Position numbers and translations under genes: made by a program
Sequence record: MT119360.1
DNA length: 64,000 nucleotides
Direction: 5' to 3' (one strand)
From: Enterococcus phage nattely
Notes under the pieces: generated by a model
Database searches by the model: none
What the model was told of the DNA's origin: nothing
Seen by the model: only the letters and a program-made list of their open reading frames with translations
Shown here: piece by piece, positions 28,838 to 37,027 of the stretch
Numbering within the stretch: position 1 is the stretch's first letter
Layout of the letters: each line of letters begins with the position of its first letter

Positions 28838-29224
28838 ATGATTGAAAATAATAAAATTGAAGATAGTAAAGTTGAGAAAATAGTAGATTTAATTGAATCA
28901 TTATTAATTGTTAGTGAAATTAATGAAGAAACAGAAGTGTGGATTGAAACACTAACTCCTTCGCATGGACAATGTCACTTACCGGTTACTGGTCTTTCCA
29001 TGGACGGTGAAAATGATCTCTTCTTACTGTTGGATATTGATAAAGACCATGGAGTGAAAGTTCCACAACTGCTTAAACATTTACAAAAATATATTGATGA
29101 GAATGAAGTAGAAGAATTATGGTATTGGAGTGGAATTAACGAACCTTTTACAGTTGATTCATATTATATTATGGAAGATAACACTTTAGTTTTTAGTGAT
29201 TATAATGGTGAACGTGATGAATAG
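28838..29224 (+). CDS. Hypothetical protein
   Basis: ORF with RBS GGAGG. Confidence 0.5.
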   Translation: MIENNKIEDSKVEKIVDLIESLLIVSEINEETEVWIETLTPSHGQCHLPVTGLSMDGENDLFLLLDIDKDHGVKVPQLLKHLQKYIDENEVEELWYWSGINEPFTVDSYYIMEDNTLVFSDYNGERDE

Positions 29225-29687
29225 AAGAATTGAAGGTCCATTAAAACATATTATTGATGATAAAAATAGGTATCTTGCACGAGATGTAAATTTTGTTCCA
29301 AAATTAAAAGATGAATTAATTAAGACATTTAGGCTGCTTTGTGATGGTGATGATAATGTTAGATTAGTTTATGATACTCATTTTAAACAATCATATATTT
29401 TTCATGCTCGAAAAGATGGAAATTTAATTTTTCCAATATTAGGTTTTTCTTTACAACAAAATGAAGATGAAATATGTGAAACCATTTTCGACCCATATAA
29501 AATGAGATATAACTATAACGTGTATATTATTGTTCATATTTTTGGTGAAGAAATATATCAATTGTCTATTGACCAAATATCAGTTTTTCATGATGAAAAA
29601 GGTGAAGAAATACCTATAGAGATTAAATTTTTAAATGGTAACACAAGAGAATTTAGTCGTTACAACAAACTATTAGATTTATTTTAA
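29217..29687 (+). CDS. Hypothetical protein
   Basis: ORF. Start ambiguous between 29196 and 29217. Confidence 0.45.
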   Translation: MNRRIEGPLKHIIDDKNRYLARDVNFVPKLKDELIKTFRLLCDGDDNVRLVYDTHFKQSYIFHARKDGNLIFPILGFSLQQNEDEICETIFDPYKMRYNYNVYIIVHIFGEEIYQLSIDQISVFHDEKGEEIPIEIKFLNGNTREFSRYNKLLDLF

Positions 29688-29699
29688 AAAATGAGACTT

Positions 29700-29776
29700 T
29701 GTAAAAAAACTATTTACAAAGTCTCATTTTTTATGTATAATAAATATATAATAAATAAACGAATAGAGGTAAGAAA
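29700..29776 (+). promoter_or_regulatory. Terminator hairpin (ATGAGACTTTGTAAA...TTTACAAAGTCTCAT) fused to a class-B promoter and conserved leader
   Basis: Read directly. Confidence 0.55.
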
Positions 29777-29908
29777 ATGCTTAATGAACAATCACCTTTA
29801 ACTGTAGAAGAAGAAGAAATTGAATTACAAATTCAATCAATAGAGATGATTATGGAAATTGAAGAAATAATTGATAAAAATGGAAAAATTTATGGAAAAA
29901 CTTTATAA
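29777..29908 (+). CDS. Very small acidic protein (43 aa)
   Basis: Own class-B promoter and RBS GAGGTAAGAAA. Not in the ORF track (under 60 aa). Confidence 0.35.
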   Translation: MLNEQSPLTVEEEEIELQIQSIEMIMEIEEIIDKNGKIYGKTL

Positions 29909-29911
29909 AAA

Positions 29912-29977
29912 CTGTTTACAAAACATAAAAGTTAATGTATAATAAATATATAATAAATAAACAAAAGAAAGTAGGAA
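29912..29977 (+). promoter_or_regulatory. Class-B promoter plus leader (CTGTTTACAAAA...AATGTATAATAAATATATAATAAATAAACAAAAGAAAGTAGGAAATGACA)
   Basis: Identical arrangement to 8739-8815. Confidence 0.55.
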
Positions 29978-30178
29978 ATGACAATGATGAAAAATTTAGA
30001 AAAATTCAGTTTAAACGCAGGAGATAAAGTATTAATTGATGGTGATGTATATTTAATCTTAGATAGAAAAATTACTCCATACAACATTGGAATGTATCAA
30101 TTACAAGATCCAACTGATGAAAAACATAGATTTTGGCAAGCTGCTCAAATCACAGAACAAATTTCAACAAAATTATAA
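29978..30178 (+). CDS. Hypothetical small protein
   Basis: ORF. AGDKVLIDGDVYLI motif. Confidence 0.5.
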   Translation: MTMMKNLEKFSLNAGDKVLIDGDVYLILDRKITPYNIGMYQLQDPTDEKHRFWQAAQITEQISTKL

Positions 30179-30202
30179 AAAAAAAGAAAGAGGTAAATAA
30201 AA

Positions 30203-30349
30203 ATGAAAAAACAATACCAATCTAAAGAACAAGAAATTTTAAACCAAGCTAAAACAGTATCAAAATTAGAAAGCTTGAGTGCAAAAGAAAAAATTGCAGT
30301 ATTAAAATTTTTAGAAAAGAAACATGTAAACATGGGAGGAAATTGGTAA
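30203..30349 (+). CDS. Very small protein (48 aa)
   Basis: RBS AGAGGTAAA. Not in the ORF track. Confidence 0.3.
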   Translation: MKKQYQSKEQEILNQAKTVSKLESLSAKEKIAVLKFLEKKHVNMGGNW

Positions 30350-30350
30350 C

Positions 30351-30551
30351 ATGAAAGAAAAATTAGAATCAGGAATGGCAGTAATGGTTAATGTGGACGA
30401 TGGTCAAACTTTAATCAAGGATAAAATTGGAATTATTACAGAAGTTTTTCCTCAAAAATATACAGCATTAACTGGTTTTCATTATGAAGTTTCACTTTTA
30501 AATTGTGGAACTGTTGTTAGATGTAATAAAAAAGAAATTAAGAAAATGTAG
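30351..30551 (+). CDS. Hypothetical small protein
   Basis: ORF with RBS GGGAGGAAA. Confidence 0.5.
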   Translation: MKEKLESGMAVMVNVDDGQTLIKDKIGIITEVFPQKYTALTGFHYEVSLLNCGTVVRCNKKEIKKM

Positions 30552-30622
30552 ACCGATAGGTTTACATTTTCACTATTTATTGATATAATATATTTATAAA
30601 ATAAATTAAATTGGAGGTATTT

Positions 30623-31138
30623 ATGAATTTAGTTATTGAGGGTCCTAAAGCAAGTGGAAAAAGCACAATTTCTCACCACTTTATTGAAAAATATTTAACG
30701 ACATATGACCATATGAGCTCCGATAGCGATAACTCATTAAAAGGACATTTAAATTTATTAAAAGGCAAAAAAGGTGAATCATTAAATCATGTAATAGATC
30801 GTTTTTCAGTTGGGGAAATGATTTATCCTAATTTATATGGCCGTGAAGGAAAATTAAATTTAGATGAGTTTAATGTCACAATGAGTTCAGAAAACACATT
30901 ATACGTTATTCTTTATTCTTCGTCTGATCAATTATTATTTGATCGAATTGAATGGAGAGGAAGAAACACTGATGATGAAGATCATGATTTAGTGTCAAAA
31001 TCAAATTTTGCATTTAAAATGATTGGTGAATCATTGAAATATCGTGAAAATGTATTATTATTTGATGTTGCAAAAGTAGGATTAAAAGAAATTATTAAAA
31101 TAATTGAAGATAAATTGGAGGAGTTAAACAGATGTTAA
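30623..31138 (+). CDS. Thymidylate-kinase-like dNMP kinase (candidate hm-dCMP/dTMP kinase)
   Basis: P-loop VIEGPKASGKST. DRF motif (VIDRFSVGEMIYPNLYG) corresponds to the TMPK DRY/DRF motif. RBS GGAGG. 7-nt overlap with the next gene. Confidence 0.5.
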   Translation: MNLVIEGPKASGKSTISHHFIEKYLTTYDHMSSDSDNSLKGHLNLLKGKKGESLNHVIDRFSVGEMIYPNLYGREGKLNLDEFNVTMSSENTLYVILYSSSDQLLFDRIEWRGRNTDDEDHDLVSKSNFAFKMIGESLKYRENVLLFDVAKVGLKEIIKIIEDKLEELNRC

Positions 31139-31977
31139 AATTTAAAAATGTAAATGATGCATGGATTCATTTGGCAAAAAATGTCGTTTATAAAGGTGAT
31201 GTTGTTGGAAATACAAAAGAATTAACAAATGTATCATTCCAAATTGAAAATCCATTAGATAACATTGTAAAAAGCCGTCACAATTTTTCATTAACATATT
31301 ATTTAGGTGAAACTGTATGGTATGGTGCTGGTAAAGACGATGTTGAATTTATTAGTAAATTTGGCCGTATTTGGAATCATTTAACAGATAATGGAATTTA
31401 TAACAATAGTGCTTATGGTTATATCTTAAAAAATAAGCATGGTTTTGACCAAATCGAAAAAGCAATTGAATTATTACGTGGAGATCAATATAGCCGACGA
31501 GCAGTGTTAAATATTAATATTCCACGGCGTGATGTTATTGAAACAAAAGATGAAATGTGCACAATTGCATTACAGTTTTTAATTCGCGATGGAAAATTAA
31601 ATATGACTGGAATTATGCGTTCAAATGATTTATGGACTGGTACTCCATATGATATTTTTTATTTCACAACATTACAACGATATGTTGCATATAAATTAAA
31701 TATTGATATGGGAACATATACGCATTTTGCAACTTCTTTACATTGTTATTTACGTGATGAAGAAAAATTAATTAAATCTTTTGAAAATGATGCAAATAAT
31801 ATTTATGCTGGTATCGATATTAATGGAATGCGTTTATTATTACAAGCTGAAGAATTATATTATACAACACGTAAAGAAGAAAATGCAAAATTAGAATTAG
31901 TTAAATTATGTAAAGAACGTAATATTATTAAAGGAAAAGAAGTTGAAAAAACTATTGAAAAACTATCTGCTATTTAG
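31132..31977 (+). CDS. Deoxycytidylate 5-hydroxymethyltransferase (ThyA family; T4 gp42-like)
   Basis: ThyA-fold motifs SRRAVL, DEMCTIALQFLIRDGKLN and IMRSNDLWTGTPYDIF. MCT, LIRD and MRSND match T4 dCMP hydroxymethylase rather than ThyA. Asp in GTPYD replaces the ThyA Asn of the PFNI motif that dictates uracil specificity. Confidence 0.65.
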   Translation: MLKFKNVNDAWIHLAKNVVYKGDVVGNTKELTNVSFQIENPLDNIVKSRHNFSLTYYLGETVWYGAGKDDVEFISKFGRIWNHLTDNGIYNNSAYGYILKNKHGFDQIEKAIELLRGDQYSRRAVLNINIPRRDVIETKDEMCTIALQFLIRDGKLNMTGIMRSNDLWTGTPYDIFYFTTLQRYVAYKLNIDMGTYTHFATSLHCYLRDEEKLIKSFENDANNIYAGIDINGMRLLLQAEELYYTTRKEENAKLELVKLCKERNIIKGKEVEKTIEKLSAI

Positions 31978-32005
31978 CAGATAGTTTGTATAAAGGAGAA
32001 GAGTT

Positions 32006-32422
32006 ATGAAAATTAAAATTAATATGTTTAGTGATGAAGAAATTTATCAACCAAAAAGAGCACATTATAATGACGCAGGAGCCGATGTTCGCTCAACAGA
32101 AGAAATGTTAATTTGGCCAGGAGAAACTCGAAAAATTCCACTAGGTTTTGGATTAGAATTACCAGATGGATATATGGGAGTTATGATGAGTCGTTCAGGA
32201 TTAGCTTCAAAAGGATTAGTTTCACAAAATGCACCGGTTGATTCTGGATATAAAGGTCAAGTTCACGCAATTATGACAAATGTATCAGATGAAGTTATTA
32301 AAATTGAAAAATATGATAGAATCGCACAATTAGTAATTATTCCAGTTATGGTTGCAGATTTTGTCACAGAAACAGGTAGTGAAAGAACCAGTGATGGTTT
32401 TGGAAGTACAGGTTTAAAATAG
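32006..32422 (+). CDS. dut: Trimeric dUTPase-family dNTP pyrophosphatase (dUTPase and/or dCTPase)
   Basis: All five dUTPase motifs are present: AGADV, SRSGLA, PVDSGYKGQV, RIAQL and RTSDGFGSTG. Confidence 0.8.
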   Translation: MKIKINMFSDEEIYQPKRAHYNDAGADVRSTEEMLIWPGETRKIPLGFGLELPDGYMGVMMSRSGLASKGLVSQNAPVDSGYKGQVHAIMTNVSDEVIKIEKYDRIAQLVIIPVMVADFVTETGSERTSDGFGSTGLK

Positions 32423-32431
32423 GAGGATTAT

Positions 32432-33490
32432 ATGGAAATTTTATTATTGAATGTCGCAAATAACATTACGGATTTTCGAACAGTATCAAGTGGGGAAACA
32501 GTTTATCTAAAACAAATGTTAGAACAGTTAGGCCATGGAGTTACAATTGCTTCAAATAAGAATGGTGAATATGCGGTTGCATTTGAGGAAATTGAGGATA
32601 TTAACAATTTTGACAAAGTAGTTGTTTTACCTGCTTCACTGAACTTTTTCGGTGGTGTAGAAAACCCGACAATTATTAAAAATTATAAATTATTAGCAAA
32701 ATATAATGGAACTATTAATATTTTGCAAACTGACGCACGTTTGCCATTTAAGCAGTTGTGGCCAGCAATTGAGAAGCGGGGATGGGGATATAAAAAAGAA
32801 GAAGTTTGGATTAATGCCCCAATTAAAGTAATTGCACAATCAAAAAATTTAGATGAAGTTAAAACACAATATGAAAAAGAAATTTTCAATAACATTGAGT
32901 TTACACATTTTCCAATTGAGCGTTATGCTGGCATTGTGGCGCTAATGAATCCAATTGATGAAGTCGAAGAAAAAGAACATGATTTAGTTTATTATGGTTC
33001 ATTCCGTGGAGGCAATCGTGCTGCTAAAATGGCAGAATTTTTATGTGGAAACATTGTAGAAAAATTAGATGTCCACGTATTTGGAACAATTCGAGAAAAA
33101 CAATTAGCTAAAAGTAGCGATGGTCCATTTCCTTCGTTTGGTAAAAAGATGAAAATGAATGAAATTAGACAAGAGGTTAGCAAAAGTTTCTCAACTTTAA
33201 TTATTGGTGAAAAATTTTATAATAATGCAATGTTGACAGTGAGGGTTTGGGAAACATTAAGTAGCGACGCAGTAGTTCTCATTGACAACGATTTTGACTC
33301 TTACCATAATTTATTTCCTAATTCGCCATGGCGGTATGTTGAAAAAGAAGAAGATCTTATCGAAGTAGTAAAATCTCTTAAAGATGATGAAAATAAGAGA
33401 AAATTAGCGATTCAAGAGCAAAAAGAAGTGTTAGAAAAAATGATTGATTCTTCTCAATGGTTAAGAGATTTTGAAAATATTTTAGCTTAA
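32432..33490 (+). CDS. bgt: DNA beta-glucosyltransferase (T4 BGT homologue)
   Basis: Collinear similarity over about 350 aa to T4 beta-glucosyltransferase as recalled: MEILLLNVANNITDFRTVSSGETVYL, NFFGG, DARLPFKQLWP, APIKVIAQSKNLD, EFTHFPIERY, YYGSFRGGNRAAKMAEFL, VFGTIREKQL, LIIGEKFYNNAMLTVRVWETLSSDAVVLIDNDFD. Same length (352 vs 351 aa). Confidence 0.7.
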   Translation: MEILLLNVANNITDFRTVSSGETVYLKQMLEQLGHGVTIASNKNGEYAVAFEEIEDINNFDKVVVLPASLNFFGGVENPTIIKNYKLLAKYNGTINILQTDARLPFKQLWPAIEKRGWGYKKEEVWINAPIKVIAQSKNLDEVKTQYEKEIFNNIEFTHFPIERYAGIVALMNPIDEVEEKEHDLVYYGSFRGGNRAAKMAEFLCGNIVEKLDVHVFGTIREKQLAKSSDGPFPSFGKKMKMNEIRQEVSKSFSTLIIGEKFYNNAMLTVRVWETLSSDAVVLIDNDFDSYHNLFPNSPWRYVEKEEDLIEVVKSLKDDENKRKLAIQEQKEVLEKMIDSSQWLRDFENILA

Positions 33491-33522
33491 CGGTTTACGT
33501 TAAGCTTTTTTTATGATATAAT
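33484..33522 (+). terminator. Fused terminator-promoter unit (AGCTTAACG-gttta-CGTTAAGCT, T-run, TATAAT 33517-33522)
   Basis: Perfect 9-bp stem that includes the upstream stop codon. TTTACg -35 in the loop. 17-nt spacer. Confidence 0.65.
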
Positions 33523-33561
33523 ATAACTATAAATAAATTAGAAAGAAATGGAGAGAAATTT

Positions 33562-34086
33562 ATGACGGTTCAGTTTAAAGCGAAAGGACATGAAGATAAC
33601 ATTATTCACTTATATTCAGATGGTGGTTGTCGGTCAACTGCTAAAAAAGGTGAAACTATAAAAGAAACAGATAAAAGTGCTTATGCATTCTTCTTAAAAC
33701 AAGGTGGAAATGAAAAATTAGATGGGCAAGCAAGTTATGGTAAAACAAATAATAATCAAGAAATTATGGGATTATTAATGGGCTTACGCGCTATTAAACG
33801 CCCAGAATTTCCAGTTGTTGCATATTTAGATTCAGCTTATGTTGTTAACTGTTTACAAGCTGGCTGGTGGAAGAAGTGGAAAGCTAATGGATGGACGAAA
33901 AAAGGTGGATTAGCAAATGCTAAAGAATGGAAAGAATTAATTGAAGAATTAGAACGTTTTCCATTTTTTAGAATTGAAAAAGTTAAAGGACACAGTGGCT
34001 TTGCAGATTATAATGATTTAGTTGATAAACACTTAAATAAATTAATGGATGAATTACCTGAAATTGGAAAGGGAAATGTTTTATGA
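33562..34086 (+). CDS. rnhA: Ribonuclease HI
   Basis: LYSDGGC, EIMGLLMGL, LDSAYVVNCL, W-x-x-WKANGW and VKGHSGFADYNDLVD motifs. Confidence 0.75.
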   Translation: MTVQFKAKGHEDNIIHLYSDGGCRSTAKKGETIKETDKSAYAFFLKQGGNEKLDGQASYGKTNNNQEIMGLLMGLRAIKRPEFPVVAYLDSAYVVNCLQAGWWKKWKANGWTKKGGLANAKEWKELIEELERFPFFRIEKVKGHSGFADYNDLVDKHLNKLMDELPEIGKGNVL

Positions 34087-35045
34087 TATATTATGGAGAG
34101 CCATATTTTGAACTATTTTCATATGAGGCGACTGATAAAGCAAGAAATGACACTTGTAAAATATTAAACTCCATGGGGTATTCACCTTTAAAATTATCTT
34201 GTTTTTCAGACGTGAACATTGAGAAAGCTGATGAAGAATTAGCTAACATTGAGGAAAATGACATAATTCTCTTACAATATCCAACTTACAGTGGAGCAGA
34301 TTATGAAAAGAGATTAATTGAAATTTCTCATAAGAAAAAAGCAAAAATCTGTGCAATTGTTCACGACTTAGAATCAATAAGATTCTATGGAAATGATAGT
34401 GACATTGAGATTTTGAATGGTTTCGATATTATATCTCTTCCCTCCATGGAGATGTATAAAAAACTCTTAAAACAAGGACTAAAAACAAAAGTAAAGATAC
34501 AGTTAATTTGGGATTTTCTCGCCATGGATAATCAACAATGGTATGATACAAATTCGGACATTGTCTTTGCTGGAAATTTAACAATGGAAAAGAGTAAATG
34601 GATAATGGATGTAGATTTTCCTATGTTGGTGTATGGCGACAATATAAATAATTTAATTTTTAATGATGATGTAAAATATTGTGGTAAAAAGAATGATTTG
34701 GAATTAGTAAAAGAAATTGGTGGACAAATTGGATTATTATGGGAAGAAGGATTATATAAAGATTATTTAAAATATAATTTATCGTTTAAGCCTTCTTTAT
34801 ATCTTGCAGCAAATTGTCCGATTATTGTTCCAGAAAAAACCCATATTGGAAATATTGTAAAAACATACAAAATAGGCGTAACTGTTAAAGATATTAAAAG
34901 ACAAACAATGTTGGATGCTGTTATTAAATTAAAAGATAATTTAAACTTTTATCAAGAACGTGTTTCAACATTTGGAGAAACAATTAGAAATGGGCAAAAT
35001 ATGAAAACGTTAGTTGAAAGTATGGTGAGAGAAATTGAAAATTGA
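34083..35045 (+). CDS. Hypothetical protein (320 aa) adjacent to the glucosyltransferase; candidate second sugar-transferase
   Basis: No recognisable motif. Position within the modification module only. Confidence 0.4.
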   Translation: MIYYGEPYFELFSYEATDKARNDTCKILNSMGYSPLKLSCFSDVNIEKADEELANIEENDIILLQYPTYSGADYEKRLIEISHKKKAKICAIVHDLESIRFYGNDSDIEILNGFDIISLPSMEMYKKLLKQGLKTKVKIQLIWDFLAMDNQQWYDTNSDIVFAGNLTMEKSKWIMDVDFPMLVYGDNINNLIFNDDVKYCGKKNDLELVKEIGGQIGLLWEEGLYKDYLKYNLSFKPSLYLAANCPIIVPEKTHIGNIVKTYKIGVTVKDIKRQTMLDAVIKLKDNLNFYQERVSTFGETIRNGQNMKTLVESMVREIEN

Positions 35046-35292
35046 AATGTATGTTTTTGATAAAGTTGAGGTCGATTATGAAAATTTCACTAATACTGAA
35101 TATGGAGAACAATGCAAAATTTATCGATTCTCGCTAGTTGGGTTAAATTCAGAAATAAAATCAAAAATTTATTCAATTAAATTTAGAAAATTATTAAAAT
35201 ATCAATGGTATGTTGATTTACAAATTTGGATTATGAAAATGAGAAAGAAAACATTTGTGCAAAATGTATTAGGAAGGGAATACTATGGATGA
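35035..35292 (+). CDS. Hypothetical protein
   Basis: ORF. Confidence 0.4.
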   Translation: MKIEMYVFDKVEVDYENFTNTEYGEQCKIYRFSLVGLNSEIKSKIYSIKFRKLLKYQWYVDLQIWIMKMRKKTFVQNVLGREYYG

Positions 35293-35476
35293 AAAAACTA
35301 GACTAATTAATAGGCAAGAAGAATTATCAGCACGATTAGAAGGTTTAAAATTTGCGGAAAAATGGATAAAAATTTTTGGACCTCTAAATGAAGATAATGT
35401 TCAAAAAGAAATTAAAACAACTATGGAGTTAATGGATGATAATTTAGCTAAATTGGAGGAAATTATATATGGTTGA
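35285..35476 (+). CDS. Hypothetical protein
   Basis: ORF. Confidence 0.4.
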   Translation: MDEKTRLINRQEELSARLEGLKFAEKWIKIFGPLNEDNVQKEIKTTMELMDDNLAKLEEIIYG

Positions 35477-35577
35477 AATATTAATTGATTTTTTATTGGT
35501 TTTTCCAGCGATAATTCTTATTATTTTATTTGCGGCTATCTTAGCAATTATTAGTGAAATTTAAAGGAGAATGAAAA

Positions 35578-36186
35578 ATGGCAAAATTTACATTTATGTA
35601 TGGAACTATGAAAAGCGGAAAAAGTATGGAGTTAATTAAAACTTATACAAATTATTTAGTAAAAGATCAAAAACCATTGGTGTTAAAAAGTGCAATTGAT
35701 ACACGTGACTCCAATACAGTTGCTACACGACTAGGCTCTGCAATTACATGTCAGCTATTAGGACAAAATCAAAATATTGCAGATTTTTTACAACAAGATG
35801 GTCGTAATAATCCTCCTGTTATTTTGATTGATGAAGCACAATTTTTAACAAAATCACAAGTTATCGAATGTGGTGTTCTAGTTGATACGCAAAATATTGA
35901 TGTAATATGCTTTGGTTTGAAAACTGATTTTACTAATCATTTATTCGAAGGAAGTAAAGCTTTAATTGAAGAAGCTGATAAATTAGTGGAAATTAAAACA
36001 TTATGCGCTTTTTGTAATAAAAAAGCAACCCATAATTTATTAACTGAATTAAGAGAAGATGGTTATCGTTATGCTGTTGATTCAGAAAATGTTGATGGAA
36101 ATATTGTGATTGGTGATGAAGACTTTTTCCAATGCTGCAGAAAACATTATTATTTTTATGGAACTCAAACAAGGAAAGTGCAATAA
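35578..36186 (+). CDS. tdk: Thymidine kinase (TK1 type)
   Basis: GTMKSGKSMEL P-loop, ILIDEAQFL, and C-terminal zinc ribbon CAFCNKK...CC. RBS AAAGGAGAA. Confidence 0.8.
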   Translation: MAKFTFMYGTMKSGKSMELIKTYTNYLVKDQKPLVLKSAIDTRDSNTVATRLGSAITCQLLGQNQNIADFLQQDGRNNPPVILIDEAQFLTKSQVIECGVLVDTQNIDVICFGLKTDFTNHLFEGSKALIEEADKLVEIKTLCAFCNKKATHNLLTELREDGYRYAVDSENVDGNIVIGDEDFFQCCRKHYYFYGTQTRKVQ

Positions 36187-36187
36187 T

Positions 36188-36430
36188 ATGAAAATAGAAA
36201 AAGATAAATTACAAAATATTGTTAAAAAATTAGAATATGAAGTTGAGTTTAATTCTCCAATTCCAGGAATAATCAATAATGAAAATATTGTTATTGATTG
36301 GGAAGATATAATGGAAGATAGCGAAGAAGATTTATGTGAAATTTGTGGTTGTGAACATATTGATTCGTGGGAAGCAGGCGCATGTTGGTCTTCACACAAC
36401 GATCCTGATTATGACCCATTCGACATTTAG
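36188..36430 (+). CDS. Small Cys-rich protein (CEICGCEH)
   Basis: ATG at 36188 directly after the thymidine-kinase stop. The upstream part of track ORF 36110 overlaps thymidine kinase. Confidence 0.4.
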   Translation: MKIEKDKLQNIVKKLEYEVEFNSPIPGIINNENIVIDWEDIMEDSEEDLCEICGCEHIDSWEAGACWSSHNDPDYDPFDI

Positions 36431-36440
36431 GAGGAATATT

Positions 36441-36656
36441 ATGAAAGCATTAGTGATGCAAGTGTTAGGATTATTAGAAAGAATTGATGAAGATAATAAA
36501 TATGTAATTTTTGATGAAATTGGTAGAATTGTCTCAGGAAATGAAAAATATCTATCTTTTAAAGTCGATTATCATATTAATTTTCCCGATTATTATTCAT
36601 TTGTTTATGTAGACGATGATGGTAACTTGAAACAAGAAACTGGAATAGTTTATTAA
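36441..36656 (+). CDS. Hypothetical small protein
   Basis: ATG at 36441 after RBS TTAGGAGGAATATT. Confidence 0.45.
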   Translation: MKALVMQVLGLLERIDEDNKYVIFDEIGRIVSGNEKYLSFKVDYHINFPDYYSFVYVDDDGNLKQETGIVY

Positions 36657-36756
36657 AAAATGTAAAAAAACTGTTTACAAACAGATCTGCTTAGTGTATA
36701 ATATATTTATAGTTAATAAACAAACTAAAATATTTTAACAAGAAAGAGGTAGTATT

Positions 36757-36945
36757 ATGTTAGAAACAGTTGAAGAGATCGTAGAATATTTATGGAAAAA
36801 GGTTGATCAATACGAAAAAGAAATTGAAGTTATTAAAAAGAAAATTTCTGTTTCGGGTGAAAACGAAAAAGATTTAGCAAATCTAAAAGGTTATCGATGG
36901 ATTTTAGCTGACACGATGGAATTAATTTCATCAATTAAAAAATAA
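36757..36945 (+). CDS. Hypothetical small protein
   Basis: Class-B-variant promoter upstream. RBS AAGAAAGAGGTAG. Confidence 0.5.
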   Translation: MLETVEEIVEYLWKKVDQYEKEIEVIKKKISVSGENEKDLANLKGYRWILADTMELISSIKK

Positions 36946-36959
36946 TATTTTTAGAAAAA

Positions 36960-36994
36960 AGACTGTTTACAAAACAGTCTTTTTTTGATATAAT
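36960..36994 (+). terminator. Fused terminator-promoter unit (AGACTGT-ttacaaa-ACAGTCT, T-run, TATAAT 36989-36994)
   Basis: TTTACA at 36966-36971 is in the loop. 17-nt spacer. Confidence 0.65.
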
Positions 36995-37027
36995 ATAAAT
37001 ATAAATTAATAGAAATGAGGTAAATTA

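Noticed and set aside
31132-31977. Calling this gene a canonical thymidylate synthase (thyA)
   Set aside because: The catalytic-Cys context MCT, plus LIRD and MRSND, and Asp at the position of the ThyA Asn (PFNI to PYDI) match T4 dCMP hydroxymethylase. ThyA signatures LPPCH and WNP are absent. The adjacent BGT homologue supports the hmC interpretation.
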